In this document: positions 6,936 through 10,164 of the stretch, in pieces
Numbering within the stretch: position 1 is the stretch's first letter
How the letters are laid out: every line of letters starts with the position of its first letter
Source: Bdellovibrionia bacterium
GTDB lineage: Bacteria > Bdellovibrionota > UBA1018
Length of the DNA stretch: 10,164 nt
Direction: 5' to 3'
NCBI GenBank assembly: GCA_045805065.1
Contig: JBJMMA010000028.1
Span: 1-10,164, forward strand
The notes under the pieces: model-generated
Told to the model about the DNA's origin: nothing
Database searches by the model: none
The model's input: the letters and a program-made list of their open reading frames with translations, nothing else
Program-made: the position numbers and the translations under genes

Positions 6936-8345
6936 TCACGGAAGTATCGGAAAAGTGTAAACCCCCTGTCGATACGGAAGCGTTGTCGGTTGAAGCGCGA
7001 CGGAGAACGTCGGAAAAGCAACTCCATTCAGGAACGTCATACCCGTATAGTCACCGATCAAGCGGCCGCGAGCGGTCGTTGAAATCCACTGAGGCTGCAT
7101 CGGACCTGCAAGATGAGTCGGCGCCGTCCAGGTGTTTCCACTGTCTATGGATGAAGTGTAATAAGTATCGATCTGACAAGCGTTCTCATCAGTCAGGCAC
7201 GCGCCAGCGGATACGGTGTAAAAGACGAGTCCCAACTTTCCATTGCCATTTGAATTATAGGATGGGTCTGCTGCGATTCCAGGAAAAATATGATTGAGCG
7301 ACGCGCTCACCGGAAACGTGTTGATGCGAGTTGGCGCGCTCCATGTGATCCCATCGGTCGAGGTCGAGAGCACCAGTCCATTGGCAGTGCATTGAGTCTC
7401 AAACCGGCAGTCAAACCAGGTGAGATAGAGCTTGCCGGAGGCGTCAATCGTCACGGATGGATTAGGATCCTGTCTCAGGCTTGCGCGCGCCGGTGCGGTT
7501 TGTGGCGTTGCAATTCTCTGCGAGCCGCTCCAGGTCGTGCCGCCATCGTCAGAGTAAAACACATAAAACTGAGAGAAATCCGTGTTTGAAATCGGCACAA
7601 TCACTCGGCCAGTGGGCATCACAATGGGCTGTCCCGCGATGCCTTGGAGCTGGTCGGCGGTTGTTTTTGATGCTTCCCAGGTTTTTCCGCCATCGGTGGA
7701 GCGGGTCATGTAGATCACGCCTGAGATATTATCATTATACTGTGTGTAACAGGTGCCATAATGGGGGGATTGCGGAAAGTTATCGCAGGCAGTCCAGTTC
7801 TTATCGGGTTCAGGCCCTGATGCTACCGTGATGGGATTACCAAAAGTTTTTCCATCATCACTGGAGAGGCTGACATAAATCGCATTCTGCCCGCCACCAC
7901 CTCCCGAGTAAGAAAGAATCCAGTTCGAATGCTTGGCATCGTAAGCGACGACCGGATCCGTGACTTCGCCAATTGATCCGCCTGCGTAGGTTGTCGTGTT
8001 AGGGAGTGCGCCGCGCTGCCAAGTAGCTCCTGCGTCATTGGAAACTGCCCAGCCGATATTGGTGACGCCTCCGGTTTCAAGGCGCGCGATATGATATCCT
8101 GCGACTAAGGTATTGCCATGGGATGCGATGTTGGTTTCCATCGCGGTCTCATGCTGCCCGTCTGGGTTTGCGTATGGATCAAAACTCAACTGAGTCAGAG
8201 CGTTCCCGGGAGCGGTTTGAAACTGGTGCGATTTCAAGTCTTCTGAGTTGCATCCGAAGAGGAGAGCAGTAAAAGACGCACCGAATAACAGTAGCGTGCT
8301 GAGCTTTTCTGAAATCTTACCATGCGTCACTGTGATCGTGGTCAT
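6936..8345 (-). CDS. BNR/Asp-box repeat beta-propeller lipoprotein (sialidase-like family), up to 469 aa
   Basis: Lipobox LLFG|C (Cys32) after a hydrophobic stretch. Six Asp-boxes: SNDAGATW, SSDDGKTF, STDGGKTW, SDDGGTTW, STDGITW, SIDSGNTW. Also DP-V-YD, DK-W and GDY motifs. The exact start is uncertain (no clear RBS). Confidence 0.88.
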   Translation of the reverse strand: MTTITVTHGKISEKLSTLLLFGASFTALLFGCNSEDLKSHQFQTAPGNALTQLSFDPYANPDGQHETAMETNIASHGNTLVAGYHIARLETGGVTNIGWAVSNDAGATWQRGALPNTTTYAGGSIGEVTDPVVAYDAKHSNWILSYSGGGGGQNAIYVSLSSDDGKTFGNPITVASGPEPDKNWTACDNFPQSPHYGTCYTQYNDNISGVIYMTRSTDGGKTWEASKTTADQLQGIAGQPIVMPTGRVIVPISNTDFSQFYVFYSDDGGTTWSGSQRIATPQTAPARASLRQDPNPSVTIDASGKLYLTWFDCRFETQCTANGLVLSTSTDGITWSAPTRINTFPVSASLNHIFPGIAADPSYNSNGNGKLGLVFYTVSAGACLTDENACQIDTYYTSSIDSGNTWTAPTHLAGPMQPQWISTTARGRLIGDYTGMTFLNGVAFPTFSVALQPTTLPYRQGVYTFPILP

Positions 8346-8357
8346 CGGAGGCCTGGG

Positions 8358-8373
8358 TGCAATGGTTGTTCCC
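8358..8373 (-). promoter_or_regulatory. Putative sigma54 (-24/-12) promoter for the BNR lipoprotein
   Basis: Minus strand GGGAACAACCATTGCA is GG-N10-GC with GGAAC and TTGCA halves (consensus TGGCAC-N5-TTGCW). Confidence 0.5.
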
Positions 8374-8384
8374 TGATAGCCGGT

Positions 8385-8400
8385 TGGTGCGGCGCTAGCG
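8385..8400 (+). promoter_or_regulatory. Possible weaker sigma54 promoter for the 8435 gene
   Basis: TGGTGCGGCGCTAGCG is GG(8386-8387)-N10-GC(8398-8399), about 35 nt upstream of ATG8435. The -12 half is TAGC rather than TTGC. Confidence 0.3.
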
Positions 8401-8434
8401 TTTATAAGAAGCGCTGTGATAAGCTCAGAACATC

Positions 8435-8917
8435 ATGAAGAAGCAGCGGATCCGACATCTTTTTCCTCATCATGGCGCAATCCAGGCAGAAACAAATGTA
8501 CCGCGTGGATGGATCAGTCCCCAGGGGCGTTTTCTGGAGACCAAACAACATTGGGCGAGTATCAATGCTCACTTTCGCAGACCAGATGCCCGCTCATTTT
8601 CAAAAGAGGAAGAACCTGAGGAAGCGGAACAGGCTGAAAAGAACGCGCACCTGGCTTATCAGCTGGGCTGGATCAGTGTTGGCCATTCAGGCAGGATGAA
8701 TGCGGTCGCTCATCAAAGAACCTTCGCAACAAGCACTCATCCAGCTGTTGGAACACTGAGGGAGCTTCTGGCCGAAGTGCCGCATCTCACGATTCAAATC
8801 GAGCTTCAGATTGGTGAGTTCATTCCTTCACGCGGAGTGCATGAGGACTTCGATTTGCGAGACTATGATCTGGATTACTTGATCAAGCGCGGAAGACTCA
8901 AGCATACCATCGGCTGA
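8435..8917 (+). CDS. Hypothetical cytoplasmic protein with twin GWIS motifs, 160 aa
   Basis: Longest ORF filling the gap between flanking genes without overlap. Protein-like composition with RGWISPQGRF...HW...AYQLGWISVG; His-rich. Confidence 0.72.
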   Translation: MKKQRIRHLFPHHGAIQAETNVPRGWISPQGRFLETKQHWASINAHFRRPDARSFSKEEEPEEAEQAEKNAHLAYQLGWISVGHSGRMNAVAHQRTFATSTHPAVGTLRELLAEVPHLTIQIELQIGEFIPSRGVHEDFDLRDYDLDYLIKRGRLKHTIG

Positions 8918-8927
8918 TTGAGCCAGT

Positions 8928-10164
8928 TTAAGTTTTTGTTCGAGCGTCTCTTGGGAGTGTCACGCGAAAAGTAGTGCCACGTTTTTTGTCGCTCTGGACG
9001 TCTACGCGACCCCGATGTGCTTCAGCCACCCCTCGGACTAAGGTTAGACCCAGTCCCCATCCTTTCCTGTGACTGGATTCAACGGCCTTGCTTCTGACAA
9101 ACGGATCAAAGAGTTGCTTTTGATCATCAGGCGAGATGGGCTCACCCAAGTTGTGAACGGATATTTCGATCATTGATTCATGGGCTGATATTTTCAAAGT
9201 CACGGGAGTGTCGTGAAAACCGTATTTGATGCCGTTGCTGAGAAGATTTTCGATCAGACGGTAGATGTTTTTACAGCTCCAGAAGCCGATCAAGGAATCG
9301 GGAAGCTCTCGACGAAAACGATCGCCATGAACGGAAATCATTTCCTCACAAACGCTGTTTGCGATCTGTGTGAGATCGCACTCTTCGATCTCGATGGGCA
9401 AACCCTTGCCCGCGCGAATGCGACTGGCATCCAGAAGGTCGTCGATCATCTTGTCTGCTCGGCTCAGGCTATCTATAATTCTTGACGCAAGACTTGGGAT
9501 ACGGTCCAGGTGATCCGGGTGTCTTGCGATCATTTGAGCAGTCATGCGCGATGCGCTGAGAGGGTTTTTCAAATCATGAGAAAGCGTATTCATGAACTGT
9601 CGCAATTCGTGCTCGCTTTGGATTCTTTCTTTCTCCAGGCGTTTTATCGGGCTGATGTCCCGGAAAGACAGGATGCCAAAAGCGCGGTGCCCGAAGGCCG
9701 CGGGCAGAAGGGTTCCGTCGATGATGAAATGTGACGTACTCGTAGAAGTTTCCCAGCAAAGCTCAAAATCACGAAGAACCTCGCCTCGAAGAACGCGATG
9801 CCGTGGCATTTGCTCTGGCGGAATGATCTCGCCGTTGGTGTCATAAGCGCGAAACGCATGAGTTCCGGATTCTGGTAGGACGGTAGGGATCGTGACCTGA
9901 AGATTCTTTGTCGCATCGTTCTTGAAGAAGATCGAACGACTTTCTGAATCCAAAAGAATGACAGGAGTAGGGACCGAGTTCAAAACCATCTCATACCAGG
10001 CGCGCTCATTGCGTATGGATTCGTTGGATCGCTTGAGAGAATCTTCAAACTGCTTTCTCTCCGTTATCTCAAGCACTGTTCCGCGCATCCGGACCGGCTT
10101 TCCCTTTTCATCGTAATAAGGGCGGCCTTTTCCCAGAAGCCAGTGAAGACTTCCATCGGGCCAG
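8928..10164 (-). CDS. PAS/PAC-domain sensor histidine kinase (5' end outside window)
   Basis: The frame is open beyond ATG10088 to the edge, giving WPDGSLHWLLGKGRPYYDEKGKPVRMRGTVLEITERK (PAC motif). A further PAS domain ends in RDIS. H-box SHDLKNPL, N-box ENLLSNGIKY, G1 VHNLGEPI, F-box LFDPF, G2 GWGLGL. Confidence 0.96.
   Translation of the reverse strand, partial: WPDGSLHWLLGKGRPYYDEKGKPVRMRGTVLEITERKQFEDSLKRSNESIRNERAWYEMVLNSVPTPVILLDSESRSIFFKNDATKNLQVTIPTVLPESGTHAFRAYDTNGEIIPPEQMPRHRVLRGEVLRDFELCWETSTSTSHFIIDGTLLPAAFGHRAFGILSFRDISPIKRLEKERIQSEHELRQFMNTLSHDLKNPLSASRMTAQMIARHPDHLDRIPSLASRIIDSLSRADKMIDDLLDASRIRAGKGLPIEIEECDLTQIANSVCEEMISVHGDRFRRELPDSLIGFWSCKNIYRLIENLLSNGIKYGFHDTPVTLKISAHESMIEISVHNLGEPISPDDQKQLFDPFVRSKAVESSHRKGWGLGLTLVRGVAEAHRGRVDVQSDKKRGTTFRVTLPRDARTKT

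Noticed and set aside
6983..7831. Three + strand ORFs of 99-116 aa
   Set aside because: They are Arg-rich shadow ORFs opposite the BNR lipoprotein.
9135..9165. Histidine kinase G1 box reads HNLG instead of DxG
   Set aside because: This is a recurrent variant in this type of kinase. The H, N, F and G2 boxes are intact, so it is not evidence of a pseudogene.
10086..10088. ATG10088 as start of the histidine kinase
   Set aside because: It is an internal Met of a PAC motif, and the frame stays open to the window edge.

Overview
Gene-dense bacterial window with 11 supported CDSs, two of them truncated by the window edges. I saw no RNA genes, CRISPR arrays or mobile elements. Left to right: a LysR regulator (not in the ORF track) divergent from a short-chain dehydrogenase; a signal-peptide protein with a PD-(D/E)XK nuclease-like motif; a small 2-TM HAMP-like protein; two tail-to-tail type IV pilin-like paralogues sharing a six-cysteine domain, one with a C-terminal SN(I/V)T beta-solenoid; a membrane-anchored YkuE/YaeI-type metallophosphoesterase followed by a secreted atypical kinase-like protein; a BNR/Asp-box lipoprotein; a GWI-motif hypothetical protein; and a PAS/PAC histidine kinase. 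The gene content suggests a Bdellovibrionota/Oligoflexia-like organism (inference only). The best leads are the pilin pair and the two exported proteins with normally cytoplasmic enzyme folds. All calls are by-eye motif recognition; no searches were run.
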